Source: Neodothiora populina (Eukaryota). Taken from it: a stretch of 58,563 bases of DNA. The number at the start of each line of letters is the position of its first letter. Positions within the stretch are counted from its first letter, which is position 1. Both the position numbers and the translations under genes were made by a program. This document shows positions 25,627 to 38,517 of the stretch, piece after piece. The notes under the pieces are model-generated. The model was not told where the DNA came from and did no database searches. It saw nothing but the letters and a program-made list of their open reading frames with translations. The stretch spans positions 1,488,001 through 1,546,563 of the forward strand of contig NW_027191406.1 in NCBI RefSeq assembly GCF_041146345.1, in the 5' to 3' direction.

Positions 25627-27589
25627 GACAACCAATCCAAAGGGAAATCTATGCTTCGTCGCCTGATATTATTGGGATGTCAGATCACACCGCCCAGTCG
25701 TATCTCCCTGTGATCACCGGGATGCCAATGCCACCAAGAGAGAAAGAGGGATCGTGCAGCTATTACACAGGCTGAGCGGACAAGGACGCTATAAAAGATG
25801 TGCGCAAAGATTGTACATTGACCATTATCTTTGATATCTAATGTCTGGCGACTTTTGTCGCAATCCCAGTCCCATGGGTGCGTGAAATGAGATCCCGCTC
25901 CCATAGCGAGGTCGATATGCTTCGGCAACTTCGACAAGATGGCTTGGGGCTTGAGGCGGTTTCGTAGTATAATTGAGTTTGCCCAAATATTGGACTGCGA
26001 TGCGGGACGCTGCGCCAACTGCCCACCCACCTACCGAACAAGCTCTCGAAGCACGGCTACCTTTGCAACGGCTGTAGCGTCGCATACGCCTACTTGAAGG
26101 CGATATACCCTGTGGATCCGGCTTGCAACAGTTTTCAAGGTTTCTGGAGCGAGGAGCGTTCGAGTCAATATCCCGTAACGAGTAGATCTTTCGCCCGACT
26201 CAGATTGAGGTGTGGGATCTGATTCACCCTAGTTCACATGCGGACCACTCACGTGCAGGGCTTGACGTCTCTGGAACATCCATTCCAGGTCAATCTCTCT
26301 CTTGGGTCCTCAGCTGGCCCAACGATGTAGATACAACTCGTCATGATCACGCGTTGGGCCGGTAAAAGGTTTAAAGTGTTCACCACCGCCGCGGCCACGT
26401 ACGGCCATGTTCGTACAGGGATTCATGTGTCAAAAGAACTACAAGTACGGTACAGGGCCACAACTGGCAGGCGGCGGACCGAACCCACTCAACCCTGCAC
26501 TGAGAAACAAGGCGAGGGGTTGAGGTTGGGCGTGCGGCTGTGGCAGAATCCCGTTTGTGTGAAGGCGAACCAAACCCTTTCCCCAGCATTCATGCTTCGC
26601 CAGCCGTGACAGGACCTGACAGACTTTACCCCACTTGGTGCGCATTATACGACTAATTTTGTGCATCACAGCATACACAAGCGACCAAGGAAAAATCCGC
26701 CGGCTTTCGACAAAGGTCATTTTAGGCGGAATCGAGACTTTGACTCGGCCCTCGCAAGCCATGATGGAAAGCGAGGGTCTATCGTTGGTGGGCGACACCA
26801 CTCCTATGAACCATCACGTTATCCGCTTCTATTATAAAGCAGCGATACGGGTGTCTATAGGTACGTTCCCATGAGTCCATGACAGGTCTTCCTTTACCGA
26901 GTGGTAGAGTTCGAGGTTCAGTCCGTGCAGGCCTTAGGCAATCTCGCAAAGCCACTGCCCAGAAAAGTCCACAGGGCCTGCGCGCCGATCCTTCCACACA
27001 TGCATGTACAGTAGGCAACATCAGGTAAGCATCATCACGAATCTCCACCAGTACCATACACAACTAGAAGCTATTTCGGCCATTGGATGCTACCTCTTAT
27101 CTGTACCTGTAGCATTTCGAAGCGATATACCTCGGCCGGAAGATCGATTTGCTGTCTTGGGAAGTGCATTGGGGGGTTCCACATCCACGCCATGTGTCAA
27201 TTATTCCAGAACATGTTCCATGCATGTGGTGCTAAACATCAGTGCAACGTGAAGGCAACGCGTCAAAGACACTCTGTTAGCCTGCTACACTTATCACGCT
27301 ATGTGTTTACCGACATTCATTATGCGGGAAACGGTGTGCAGACTGCAGGAGATAACAAACGTTAAGCAGATGCATTGCCACGACTTAGCATTATACATGA
27401 TTACTCACACGCGCCTTTATCCAGCCGCGCAGCCGAACTGTGTGGAATAAGGTGTCTGTGGCGTATCTGGCACGCCGGCGTGCTTTTCTCGCGAACTTAT
27501 ATAAACCAGTGGGGGGTCCGACTCGGAGGCAGTAGTACTTGTCTCTTGTCACGTTTCGCCAACAGTGATCTACCTTTGGCTTAGTCGAC

Positions 27590-28851
27590 ATGCGCGGAAG
27601 TGGGATTCTTGTTGCCATCTTGGCGTGTGCCTCTTCTCTGTCAGCCGCACAGGATGCTGCAGACGTCCCTGATTATACTGACGCCGAGATTCTCAATGGC
27701 ACTGCGCTCAATGATCTAGCAGAGATCGCCAATTCAAACCTTGAGGGTGCCGGATCTTCCAAACGGTCGTCGACATGTTCACTCAAAACAGCTAGTGCAC
27801 GTGTCGAATGGTAAGCCGCCTATCATTTACGTATCTGGGGATGAAGATGTGTATGACTGACTTTATGTTCAGGCGAACAATGCCGAAGCAGATGCGCAAG
27901 AGTTATACCGATGCGGTTATGTGTCTGCAAAACACCCCGCCACAGGTCATGACTGCAGCTGAAGCCCCGTCGTATCCTGGGATCAAATCTCGCTACGATG
28001 AGTATCTTGCTACCCACATCAATTATACTCTACAGATCCACTTCACTGCGGATTTCCTAGCGTGGCACCGCTTCTATATCCACTCTTACGAACAGGACTT
28101 GAAAAATTTGTGCGGCTATACCGGTCACTTGCCTTATTGGAACTGGCCTACCGATGCGCAAGCACCGGAAAAGTCATCGCTGTTCAATGGCGACGCCTAC
28201 TCCATGGGAAGCAATGGTGTTTTTATCCCCGGTCGTGGCGATCTTTACCTGGCTAACCAGGACACAACCGCTCCTCCTGGCACTGGTGGTGGTTGCATCT
28301 ATAAAGGTCCTTTCAAGGACTACAAGGCCAATCTCGGCCCGATCGATACTGCCAACACCACCGGCGTCGCGTCTCCATACGACTACAACCCCCACTGTGT
28401 GATCCGAGACCTGAATGGTTATTTCAGCAGCAGGTGGAACTCGTGGAAGAACGTCACAGATTTGATCCTAGACAGCCCCGACATTGCTACCTTCCAGGGT
28501 GTCGCGCAAGCGGACAGTAGTTACGTTGCCGTAGGAAACTTTGGCGTGCACGGCGGTGGTCATTTCACCCCTGGTGCTGCGGGTGCGATGTCAGACTTTT
28601 ACTCCTCGCCAGCTGACCCTCTTTTCTATCTTCACCATGCTATGATCGACAGAGTATGGACCATCTGGCAGCTTCTAGACTTGCCAAAGCGACAATACGC
28701 CATCTCGGGCACCTCGACCCTCCTAAACATGCCACCAAGCCCTGAGATGAAGCTTTCGGATTCGATACCATTCGGTTTCGTTGCGCCGAGTCAGATTCTA
28801 GGTGATCTGCTAAACACTTTCAGCGGACCTTTCTGCTATTATTATCTTTAG
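27590..28851 (+). CDS. Secreted short tyrosinase/polyphenol oxidase (type-3 di-copper); intron 27811-27872
   Basis: Signal peptide, KR processing site, R.EW|R. CuA site ATH..IHFT..FLAWHR and PYWNW; CuB site GVHGGGH...DPLFYLHHAMIDRVW. Ends FCYYY with no C-terminal shielding domain. Confidence 0.93.
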
Positions 28852-31800
28852 ATGTGCAACAGAGATCGACGTGGTTCGGGGAAAAAAGGAAAAAAGAGTT
28901 GAAGGTGTGTCTGGCTATGATCACGCGTTTTTCGGGTTTCCATTGAATGACGATGTGGATTTTCCGTAGTGATACAGTACAGTGTAACGTCTTAATCTTA
29001 TTGTCTATAATGTCTCCGCCGAGCATTGAGTCTTGCGATTGAGGTGCTGCGAGTAAGATCATTCATTTTCTCAGCCGCTAATCAGATCTCTCGTACTTTT
29101 GCGAACACGTGCGGGGCTATACTAGCCGCCCCAGCTTGCCAAGCCCTGCTTTTTGCCTGCTACGTATACGCCTGGTATGATCGCTGGACCACACCTTGAG
29201 ATGACTTAACCCTCGTGGCTTGAAACAAAGGCAATTGGAGCACTTTCCGACAGACTCTTATTTCTTTAGACCTTCATGCGAGTCCGGAACACGCTTATTC
29301 TTCCAAATCCAAGCATCAATCTATCGGATCTTCGTTTTTGAAAACGTACTACGACGCTTAGCCCTGGAGTGTCCATACCTTACCTTTGCATATTGGAAAG
29401 TACGTCCTCGTAATGTAGAATTAGGGAGGTTCTATAGGCTTTCTCTAGGTATCACATCCGAAAGAGTTAAAATGTCTAAGACCGTATTATGACTAGCTTT
29501 GGAGTATGCATCCCATATCTTATCTTACAGGCCAAAAGCAGCATACATCCTCGCACAATATCTTACTCTCGAGCATCACATCTGAAGAAGTCGATCGAAA
29601 CGTTCGGAACCGTGATACAACTCTAGCGCTGGAGTATCGCATATCTTTGCAAAATGACACTTCGTCCCTGTACCTACCTATGCTCCACCTACAAGTTTCC
29701 CTTGGTGTTGGTCGCGAACGTGTCTGAGTTTGGTTGCAACAACAAGGCATTCGAGATGCGTCCTCTACGTCGTTCATTGTCGCTTTTCATCTCTAGATGA
29801 GAAATTGTCTGCGAGAAGAGAAAGATTTCCGGAAGTTCGAATGTCCATTACTGTTGAGAATCATGCTCGCGTGCTTTGTCTCCGTCATGGATGAGATCAA
29901 ATGGAGGTGCTGATGCTTGGGCTTAGTGATTTGAGATCTGTTGAATATTGATCTACCTGCCTACTTCACTCGACCTGGAAGTGTGGTTGGTTGTGTATAC
30001 TGCAGTACTTTGATTAGTTCCTTCTCTCTATGTGTAGTGTGTCTGAGCGAAGGGTTGTAGGCTCAAAGTTCCGCGTGCATACACATCATAGAGCAGATCA
30101 CATAGCCTCATTTCAACAAGGCGCGCAGAGCCAGTATAGATGGACTATACCTACTCTCATCAGTTCAGTCAGGACGCACACCGACGAACCCTGTCCTGCC
30201 AAGAAGAAGAAGCTTCGCTCTGTCTACTTCAGCCGTCTGCGCCCCGCGGAGCGAAGATCAAGGTCAATCACTGTGGTACCCTTGAGGGGTTTTGCCATGG
30301 CATCAAGAGTCAGTCGTCTATCCTCTCGGCCGATTCAATGAAACACAGTCTGCCTTCAGACAACGAAGAAGACACGTGGGCAAATTGAAAAACGAACATC
30401 TGAACTTGGCCGAGGAACACTAAGACATTATAGTTTCGAGACTACACTATTACGCAATCGAGATTTGTGCTGGCCAAGCAGGCTGGTTTCGTAAATGGTC
30501 TTTAAGGGATTTGCACTCTCGAGTAAGCTACTGTAGATGTGCTCGTCACAGCTATGTGCAATACTGCACACAACTGTACTTCCGAGCATATCGTGGAGAC
30601 TCTGAAGATCTTTGAGCTGTAACGCCGATTTCTCTGATCTATCAAACATATATACTGTTTCGAAACCCTCGGAATTATGTATGCTTGTGTAGATGGAAGT
30701 ATACCGACGTGCTTTTCGAAACAATGTCAGATCGTACACCGTCACTGCATCGGTCACGCTGCCAGCTCTACGGCATCGATACTTTGTGTCCCAATTGCAA
30801 AGGTTCTGCCACCCTCACAAGTCAAGCGTTCGATATGTGTTCATACGTGCGGTCGCGGTAAGTCTTTAGCTCGAAGGTGTTCAGTCCCAGCTGTCACTAT
30901 TGCTTAGGGTATAAGGTTTATCGTTGCGCTGGGCGTAGCACAGAAATAACTGCTATCACAATTTCAAAACTGGTCGAAGTAGATTCGCGGCGCCCACAAC
31001 CTTCGATGCGCATGTGGAGCCATATATGATCTAGGCTTGACTTTACCTAGGTCAGCAGATACCCTGCAAGATCGCGATACGAGCAACTGATCTTGGGCTG
31101 TAGTGATATTACTCCTCGTCACGCGCGCAACACTGTGGAGAACTCTCTATTTAAAAATGGGTACTGCTGTGGATAATCTGCCTACAACTCCACCTGTCCA
31201 TAGTGGATACTGACCGGTGACTTCGACGCAACTCAAAGGCACTGGAGACAGAGGCTGTTGTCGATCTTACAGCCTTGATGAATACATTCAGGACCGCAGC
31301 CACTATTACAGCGTCCGCTGCTGGGGACATTTGATTGGTGTAAAGCTCCCACATTCCGAAAGTCCGATCGTCCTACAAGCAGAATATCATTAAGAGGAAC
31401 ATTGTCACGCACGTGTCCTGTGCCTTGCTCATCCAAGCTTGGACAATAACCGCAAACGAGGCGAACTTGATTATAAGCCATGGGACTGTAGAATCTTGAC
31501 GATGATCACGTTCGTATGGTGCATTTGATCGAGGCGTAAGTCAGTTCCCTTCGAGCCTTCTGCTGCCTACAAATTGCCCGTATAAGAGCTATCAAGTCAA
31601 GTCATGAGCACCGAGCGCCTTAGTTAGCTTACTTTTGACACTGCGGGGAAAAACACATCACGTAAAGGTATGGACACTGCCACCACCGCCGTGACTCGAG
31701 GAATCTAGCTAATTGTTATACCAGATAAACATAATCAGCGTACGAATAGAGTAACATCCTGATCGTGAAGCGCTTGGTACTGTGTAATGCTATTTTCGGA

Positions 31801-32512
31801 TTTACCAAAGTAGCCAAAGAACAATAAACGCCATTGGCAATGTGATGCCGCCGTTTCGTTACTCGGGTAGGTATGTACAGTATCTCTTTCTGCTAGGTTC
31901 TAATAGTTTGGCATACATAATGGGCTGCTTACCTGTCACCACTTGCTACACTCTACTGCTACACATTCTACATGTTCTAAGCTCTTCCGCAGTAGTACAT
32001 ACCGCCGTTGTTCACTACCATGTTTGTCCAGCCATGATATTGTAGCTTCGTTGTGTGCATGAAGTGTGTCCTCACTTCAATGTCGATCTTGACGAGTCAA
32101 ACTCTACAAGAGGTGACCAGGTTGTCGTCTGCACCGTGCAGTTTAGCATTTTTGCATTCTGAAGACTGTGGGAGTCAAATCGGACACGAGGCGGCCAAAA
32201 TTCAGGCGTCCAAATCGGACCGCCATCTCATGGCCAAGAATCTATAACAAAACTCAGCTGAAGATGTTTCGCCAGCTTGAAGGATTTGGACTTGGCAATC
32301 TGCCTCTATACCAAAAACAGCAAGGGAAAACGGGCTCAGCATTGCCTTGCAGTTCTAGCACAACATGCCAGACGTATGGTCAGGTATAAGTCAGTCCTGT
32401 GGACCACTTTCTCTTCATGTAATACGGGTTTGTTGCACCACTCGTTGACTGTCCATTCGCCGTCTCCTTGCAAGTCGATTGATACCTATCTCACAGCCGG
32501 TATATTGTTCCA

Positions 32513-32935
32513 ATGGCGGTTTCTTTCAAACACAATCTCTGCTCATGCAGTGACTTCAATACCTGTCTCGGCGCTTGTTTCTGCTTTGCATGTCTGTTCG
32601 GCCGGACAGCACATAGACTTGAGAATTATCCTCAGCAGCCAGAGACGACAGATTTTAGTTGGTGCAACTTCCCCTGCGCTATCATGTTCTGCGCAGCCCA
32701 GGCAGGCTTCGGCTGCCTCCCGGTCTGGATGCAGCGATCAGAGATGAGGAAGAAATTCGACATCGAGGGCAATGGCTGTACCGACTGCCTTGCTAGTTGC
32801 TGCTGCACTTGCTGTGCAATGGTCCAGCATGAAAACGAGATTAGAGAGAGGGCAGAGCAGGAGCCCATGCTTCCAGTCGAACAAGTATACCATAGTCAAC
32901 CTCAGACGATGGCATATGCTCCTCCGAACCAGTGA
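32513..32935 (+). CDS. PLAC8 (DUF614) cysteine-rich protein; an upstream exon is possible
   Basis: NLCSCSD...CLGACFCFACLFGRTAHRL and QRSEMRKKFDIEGNGCTDCLASCCCTCCAMVQHENEI are typical PLAC8 motifs. Confidence 0.88.
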   Translation: MAVSFKHNLCSCSDFNTCLGACFCFACLFGRTAHRLENYPQQPETTDFSWCNFPCAIMFCAAQAGFGCLPVWMQRSEMRKKFDIEGNGCTDCLASCCCTCCAMVQHENEIRERAEQEPMLPVEQVYHSQPQTMAYAPPNQ

Positions 32936-33734
32936 AGAGGAAGTTTTCACATTCCGTCCTATCCACGTACAGACGCCATGCACAACCAGTATCGAAAGCA
33001 GAACGTATGAACGGACCTTGAAACGAGCGCGGTTTATATCACTCGGGATGCATGGAAAATTCGACTCCTTATATGATCAAGGCGAAAGCTCGAGGGATCG
33101 ACGGATTTTGGATTGCAGTTGGATCAAACAGGCGAACTAGCCGAGGGCAAGTGCCTAAAACAGGATACCAGGCGTACGAATCATATGAAAGTGCTGGTTT
33201 GTAGGTGCGGACCAGATTTTTCCAATCATGTGGAACGACATATGCATCTAAGATCGATGTTAGATCCAGATGTTCCGTACACAGTGATCTAGATTTGTGA
33301 ATTTTCAGCTAGTGACCTTGGAAGATTCAGACGTCCAAGTAGAGTGATTTTACCTTATGCGAGACATCGATTGTGCTCCCGACAAAATAGCGAAGCCCTG
33401 AACCGATAGTAGCCGATTTGTCAAGAACACCGGACTGCTCCACAAATCTAGCCATTTCTCCGCATCCCCAGTGACGGATTGGGCACCTCCGCACTGAGCT
33501 CTGCCTCCATGCATGTCGCCTCGTTGCATGAATTTGACCTTTTTCTCATTATCCGATCTGTCGATCTTGCTATCTCATGTATCCATATCTTGCAGAACTG
33601 CTCCATAGTCACAGTACATTGCTGCAGCTCCCGAGCCAGACTGTTGCTGTACTCACGCAAGTGCAACGAACAGCACGTCGGAGGAGGTCCTTGGGAAGCA
33701 TTGAACGATTTTTATAGTTGATAACGTGTACGCA

Positions 33735-35585
33735 ATGTCTTCGTCCCACATCTATCAAAGTGGTCGGCTAGGGCCACTTGTGACTCATGATGGGCTACCG
33801 AGCGTGCCCGTCGGGGCCTACATTGCTCAGCAAAGCCATTCCCACCAGATATCACAAGGATCAGTCAAAGATGGAGTTCAGACACCATGGTCAGAGGCCC
33901 AAACTCCTTGGTCAGGAGCCCAGACACCTATGACGGGGATTCAGACCCCAGATCCGCTTCTGGGCGCACGTCCAAACAAAGACTATTTCGACCCGAACAG
34001 CCTTGCTCGTGTGTTGAGTAACACGTATGGAGATAGTGGGGAGAGCTACGAGCTGAGCAGAGTCGTGAGTCGCAGACGGGCATCCATGAATCTAACAGAG
34101 CTTGCGGAGGAAGCTAGAACTCCGATGATGCCTTCGTCTCAAGGTGTCCCACAAGAGCTTCGCGGTTTCGCCTCGGAGATCATTTTCGTGCTGGTCTGCG
34201 GAACCGGGCAGTTGTTCTTCTCATTCCTGCTCGGCGATGTTACAGTCAACCAGCAGCAATTCAAAGAAGCTTTGGGCATCCAAAATACTGCTCTCCCCTG
34301 GCTGACTGGAGCTTTCATGACCGCGAACGGCTTGTCTGTAATACTCTCTGGATCGTTGACTGATCTAACTCCCCCAAAAACACTGATAGTTGGTGCATTC
34401 ATCTGGCTGACAGTCTGGAACATCGTTGGAGCTTTCTCTGTCACGCCTGGCAGGAAGATCCTGTTCTTCGTTATGCGCGCTATGCAAGGATTGGCAATTG
34501 GCGTACTTGTGTCTGGCTCCATGAGTATACTAGGAAGAGTCTATAGACCCGGGTTACGAAAGACTCGCGTTTTCTCGGCCATGGCCGCCATGGCACCTTT
34601 TGGTTTCTGGTTAGGAGCCATACAGGGAGGTGCTCTGGCTTCCCACCTCCCTTGGATCTTTGGCACCAACGCAATACTCTGTGGACTGTGCTGTGTTGCC
34701 GCATATATGACTATGCCCACTTTGAGACCCGTCGCTGATAGTTCTGGTGAAGAGATACCGTCGATGCGAAATTTCGATTATTATGGCGCGGGATGCGCCG
34801 TTCTCGGCTGCGTATGGCTCCTGTTTGGGTTGACACAGGGCTCAGCTGTCTACTGGAAACCGTACACTTATGCACTTATCATAGCTGGAGTTGTTACATT
34901 GGTGGCGTTTTTCTTTGTGGAAACTCGCGTCAAGAGACCCTTAATACCAAGCCGCCTCTGGAAGATATCTGGCTTCACAGCTCTCATGATAGCGTACTTC
35001 ATCGGGATAGGCACTTACATTGGAGCTTGGCAATTCTATGCCGTTCAGTTCTGGCTTCGCATTCAGCACGCATCGTCGATGACTGTAGCACTATACATTC
35101 TGCCCAACGCGATAGTCGGTGTTCTGGCCACGTGGATAGTCAGCCGCCTCATGCACGTGGTGCCTGGCCATTACATATTTCTTGCCTCAATGTTAGCGTT
35201 TGCGCTTGGTCCTGCATTCTTCCTGCCACAAACGGCGAGTACTTCTTATTGGGCATTATCGATGCCAGGTATAGCCTTGGTGACTTTTGGACCCGACCTT
35301 TCATTTGCCGCAGCCTCCATTTTCATCACGAGTAATGTACCGAGATCATACCAGGGCAGCGCTGGCAGTCTGCTTGTTACGATCCAGAACTTATCATCTG
35401 CCATTATGACAAGCATTGCAGATGCGATCGGAACCAACGTGGATCCAGGACATAGCGGTGAAATTGGACTCAAGGGCTTGAGAGCCATCTGGTGGTTTGC
35501 ACTGGCATCTGCGCTTGTCGGAGCGGTCATCACGGCTCTTGGTGTTCGGATCGCCAAGGAGGAAGAGAAAGAACATGTCACTTGA
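33735..35585 (+). CDS. MFS drug:H+ antiporter (DHA2/ATR1-like, ~14 TM)
   Basis: Intronless ORF of more than 600 aa with many hydrophobic spans. RAMQGLAIG, APFGFWLGAIQGG, FDYYGA, ETRVKRPLIP and YQGSAGSL. Confidence 0.9.
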   Translation: MSSSHIYQSGRLGPLVTHDGLPSVPVGAYIAQQSHSHQISQGSVKDGVQTPWSEAQTPWSGAQTPMTGIQTPDPLLGARPNKDYFDPNSLARVLSNTYGDSGESYELSRVVSRRRASMNLTELAEEARTPMMPSSQGVPQELRGFASEIIFVLVCGTGQLFFSFLLGDVTVNQQQFKEALGIQNTALPWLTGAFMTANGLSVILSGSLTDLTPPKTLIVGAFIWLTVWNIVGAFSVTPGRKILFFVMRAMQGLAIGVLVSGSMSILGRVYRPGLRKTRVFSAMAAMAPFGFWLGAIQGGALASHLPWIFGTNAILCGLCCVAAYMTMPTLRPVADSSGEEIPSMRNFDYYGAGCAVLGCVWLLFGLTQGSAVYWKPYTYALIIAGVVTLVAFFFVETRVKRPLIPSRLWKISGFTALMIAYFIGIGTYIGAWQFYAVQFWLRIQHASSMTVALYILPNAIVGVLATWIVSRLMHVVPGHYIFLASMLAFALGPAFFLPQTASTSYWALSMPGIALVTFGPDLSFAAASIFITSNVPRSYQGSAGSLLVTIQNLSSAIMTSIADAIGTNVDPGHSGEIGLKGLRAIWWFALASALVGAVITALGVRIAKEEEKEHVT

Positions 35586-36252
35586 CGACCTCCGGGAAAA
35601 ATCCGATCGCAGGTTAAGTAATATGCCTCATACGACCACCATCCGCGCTCGTCTGAGCAGAAACAGGGGTCCACAAGGACATTGAAACATATCGATGCCA
35701 CCGTGAAACCATTGATGTTACTTGTCCGACTACATGATACTATCCCGCAATACCGCATATGCCAAACGCGAAGATATTTCGCTAATTTGTGTGGGACGAC
35801 AATAACCTTAACTACGGTACCTGTCACATCTGTCACAACATACACTAGTACGCGTGGCACGCAATGTGGACTGATTGCTAACAATCCTTCCAAGACTTCA
35901 ACACGGTCGCTAAGCGCGCTATCAAGAAATGGCGCGCACAGACGAATGGCGTGGACAGATCTTTTACCCAGTGGGGAAGGAGCTTTGCCTATCGCTGTAT
36001 GCACACATAATAGATTTATTGTGCCACGGCCTCGCGAAAAATGGTTAACAAGGCACAGTCTAGAAGGATCTTGACAGAGCGAAAGCAATCTGGGATAATT
36101 GATGCTATTTATCGCCATTTTGAGAGATCTAAGAAGCTCCTAGGTTATAAAATGAAACCACTATCAAAGCAGCCAAAATGTCAAGGTTATAGATGTTTTG
36201 AAGAATAGGATAAGTAGAGATCAACGTTGTGAACTACTGCACAGCAGCGATT

Positions 36253-38517
36253 CTAGTGCGAGCGATAGCTGTCTGTGTTGTCCTTGCGGATGATATCGGC
36301 AGCCTAGCGAAAGTCAGCATCCTAGAACTATCACGCAAGATGAGATGATCGAATAAGAACACACCTTCTCAGCTACTGCATACACAGTGCTCTGAATGTG
36401 AGAGGCCGGAATCAGAGGTTGCACACTCGCGTCGACAACCCTGAGGTTCTCGACACCATAAACTCGGAGATGGTGATCAACGACACCACCCTTCTTGAAA
36501 GGTCCAATAGAGCAACTTCCCGAAGGGTGGAACTCGGTGGTTATGGATTGTCTGACATAGGCATCAAGATCGGCATTAGAGGTGACATTTGAGCCCGGCT
36601 GGATCTCGACAGGAGAAATGGAAGCCACAGCTTCCGTACCCATGACTCGCCTGAGAAACTTGATGCCCTCTGAGAGGACGGCCGCATCGATCGGGTTGCG
36701 GAGATAGGCGGCATCAGCAATGGGAGCGGCGAAAGGGTCAGTGGACTGGATCTTGACACTGCCACGCGAAAGAGGATGCTGGCCAGCAATGATCATGGAG
36801 TTGTCGTTCCAGATGATCTCGAGAGCGGCGATCGACGAGGAGTTGAGAGTTTTGATCAAGAGATCATACTGGGTCTCGTAACCAGCAAGCACACTGGCAG
36901 GAGTATCGGAATCGAAGTACGTGGTGGCAGTTTGGTTGGCAGCCAATGTGAAGATGGAGCTAGTGTTCGACTGGTAGTCCTTGATAGGAAGATAGACAAG
37001 GTAATCGTCAGTAGATGTAGTGTATGGTCCTGTACGAGATTGCTTGTATTGTGCGAGCGCGTCTGCAGCCAAAGTAGTGTTCGTCTTCAGGGAGCCTGAT
37101 TGGGGAGAGATAGATACTATCGCACAAGTTAACATGATAAAAAAGTCCGAGCGAGATGTGTTACCTACGGTTGTATTTGAGGTACATCATGCCATGGTCT
37201 TGAAAGTTGTAACCAACTCCAGGGACATCAGCTACTGTTGAGATGTTGAACTTCTGAAGCAGAGCAGGGTTTCCGATTCCAGAAAGCTGGAGGATTTGGG
37301 GAGTGTGGATGGCGCCTGCAGCCATGACTGCCTCCATGTTCACTCCCACAGTATGTCTAGGACTATCCTTGGTGGCGGCAAACTAGCAAAGTCAGGTCAG
37401 TATAGACGCAATGGGTTTGTCAGCTATAGACCACATACTTCGACACCGGTGACCTTGGCTGAGCCATTTTTACCAGGAGATGAGATGAGCTTAGTCACTC
37501 GCGTGTTGGTCAAGAGATGTAGGTTGGTGCGGTTGTTGGCATTGTCCCAGTAAGCGGTTCTGGCAGTGACTCTTGTCTGAGTCCTCAAGTCTTGCGCGTG
37601 AGTTGTAGCAAAGCCACCCAGAGCCTCGCCGTTGGCACCATCAAGCGGTGTGCTCACACCAATCTCCTTGAGACCGGCCTCGAAGTAGTCTACATCTAAA
37701 TTAATCCAGGCAGGTAATCGTGCTTCAAAGACAAGACATACGCAATGACGGGAAGTAGTATGGGGAGTATGAGGATCGCACAGGGCCATCGTATCCGTGA
37801 GCTTTAGGATCGTATGTGATGTTCCATTCTGCGATCTGTTCTGCTGAAGGCGGTGTGAATGTCTCGGACTATGGAGAACCACATTAGCAGATGAGATTGG
37901 ACGATCACAACAATATGAAGTAATTTACCTTCTTGAAGAAGGGAAGGATATCCTTCCAACCCCATCCCTTGGCTCCGAATTTCTCCCAGAGGTTGTAGTC
38001 ACCCTTGGAGCCACGGTCGAACAACAAGATGTTGAGTAGACTGCCTCCGCCGACAACGTGTCCGAGGGGGATAGAGACTTCTCGGTTGTACAGGTCGGGA
38101 TTGGAAGCATAAGTAAAGTTCCAATCGTAGACTGTGCCTACTGCACCTGCAGCCAATCCTGGAACCATGATAATATCTTCCCTCTGATCACTGTCACGAT
38201 ATCAGTTGATGTGAGGCCGAACACTGCTTGAGATACTTACAGAGGACCTGCCTCGATGACCAGGGCGGTGATGTCTAAAACGGTTGGTCAATTCTGGAAA
38301 TTCAACATGGCTGTCTATCATCCATACCGGGGTTCTCGGTGAGGCGATTTGCTACCACAAGCCCGCTGACTCCGCCTCCAATCACCACGTAGTCGTAATT
38401 GTCGAAAAGACCTGAAGCATTACGAAGGTCACGCTGCAGGAGAGGGCCTGCAAGTGATGGTGCAACTAAGGAACTCAGTTCCAGTGCCGCAAGGCATGAG
38501 GAGACGGTCGACCTCAT
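36253..38517 (-). CDS. Secreted GMC oxidoreductase (AA3_2, aryl-alcohol/glucose oxidase-dehydrogenase-like), multi-intron
   Basis: Signal peptide, YDYVVIGGGVSGLVVANRLTE, IEAG, GHVVGGGSLLN, AAGAIHTPQILQLSGIG, GVGYNFQDH, HPLSRGSV, catalytic TEFHPSGSC and SHIQSTVYAVAEK|AADII (His/His pair). Stop at 36253. Confidence 0.93.

Noticed and set aside
28900..32450. 3.5 kb gene-poor stretch with short ORFs (e.g. 30428-30757)
   Set aside because: No family motif or coherent exon chain could be supported. May hold decayed genes; needs a translated search.
27590..35585. Tyrosinase plus MFS as a possible ustiloxin-type RiPP cluster
   Set aside because: No UstYa/DUF3328 gene and no Kex2-repeat precursor ORF seen nearby.
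35246..36118. 290-aa minus-strand ORF overlapping the MFS 3' end
   Set aside because: Partly antisense to the MFS gene, with no domain signature or typical codon usage.
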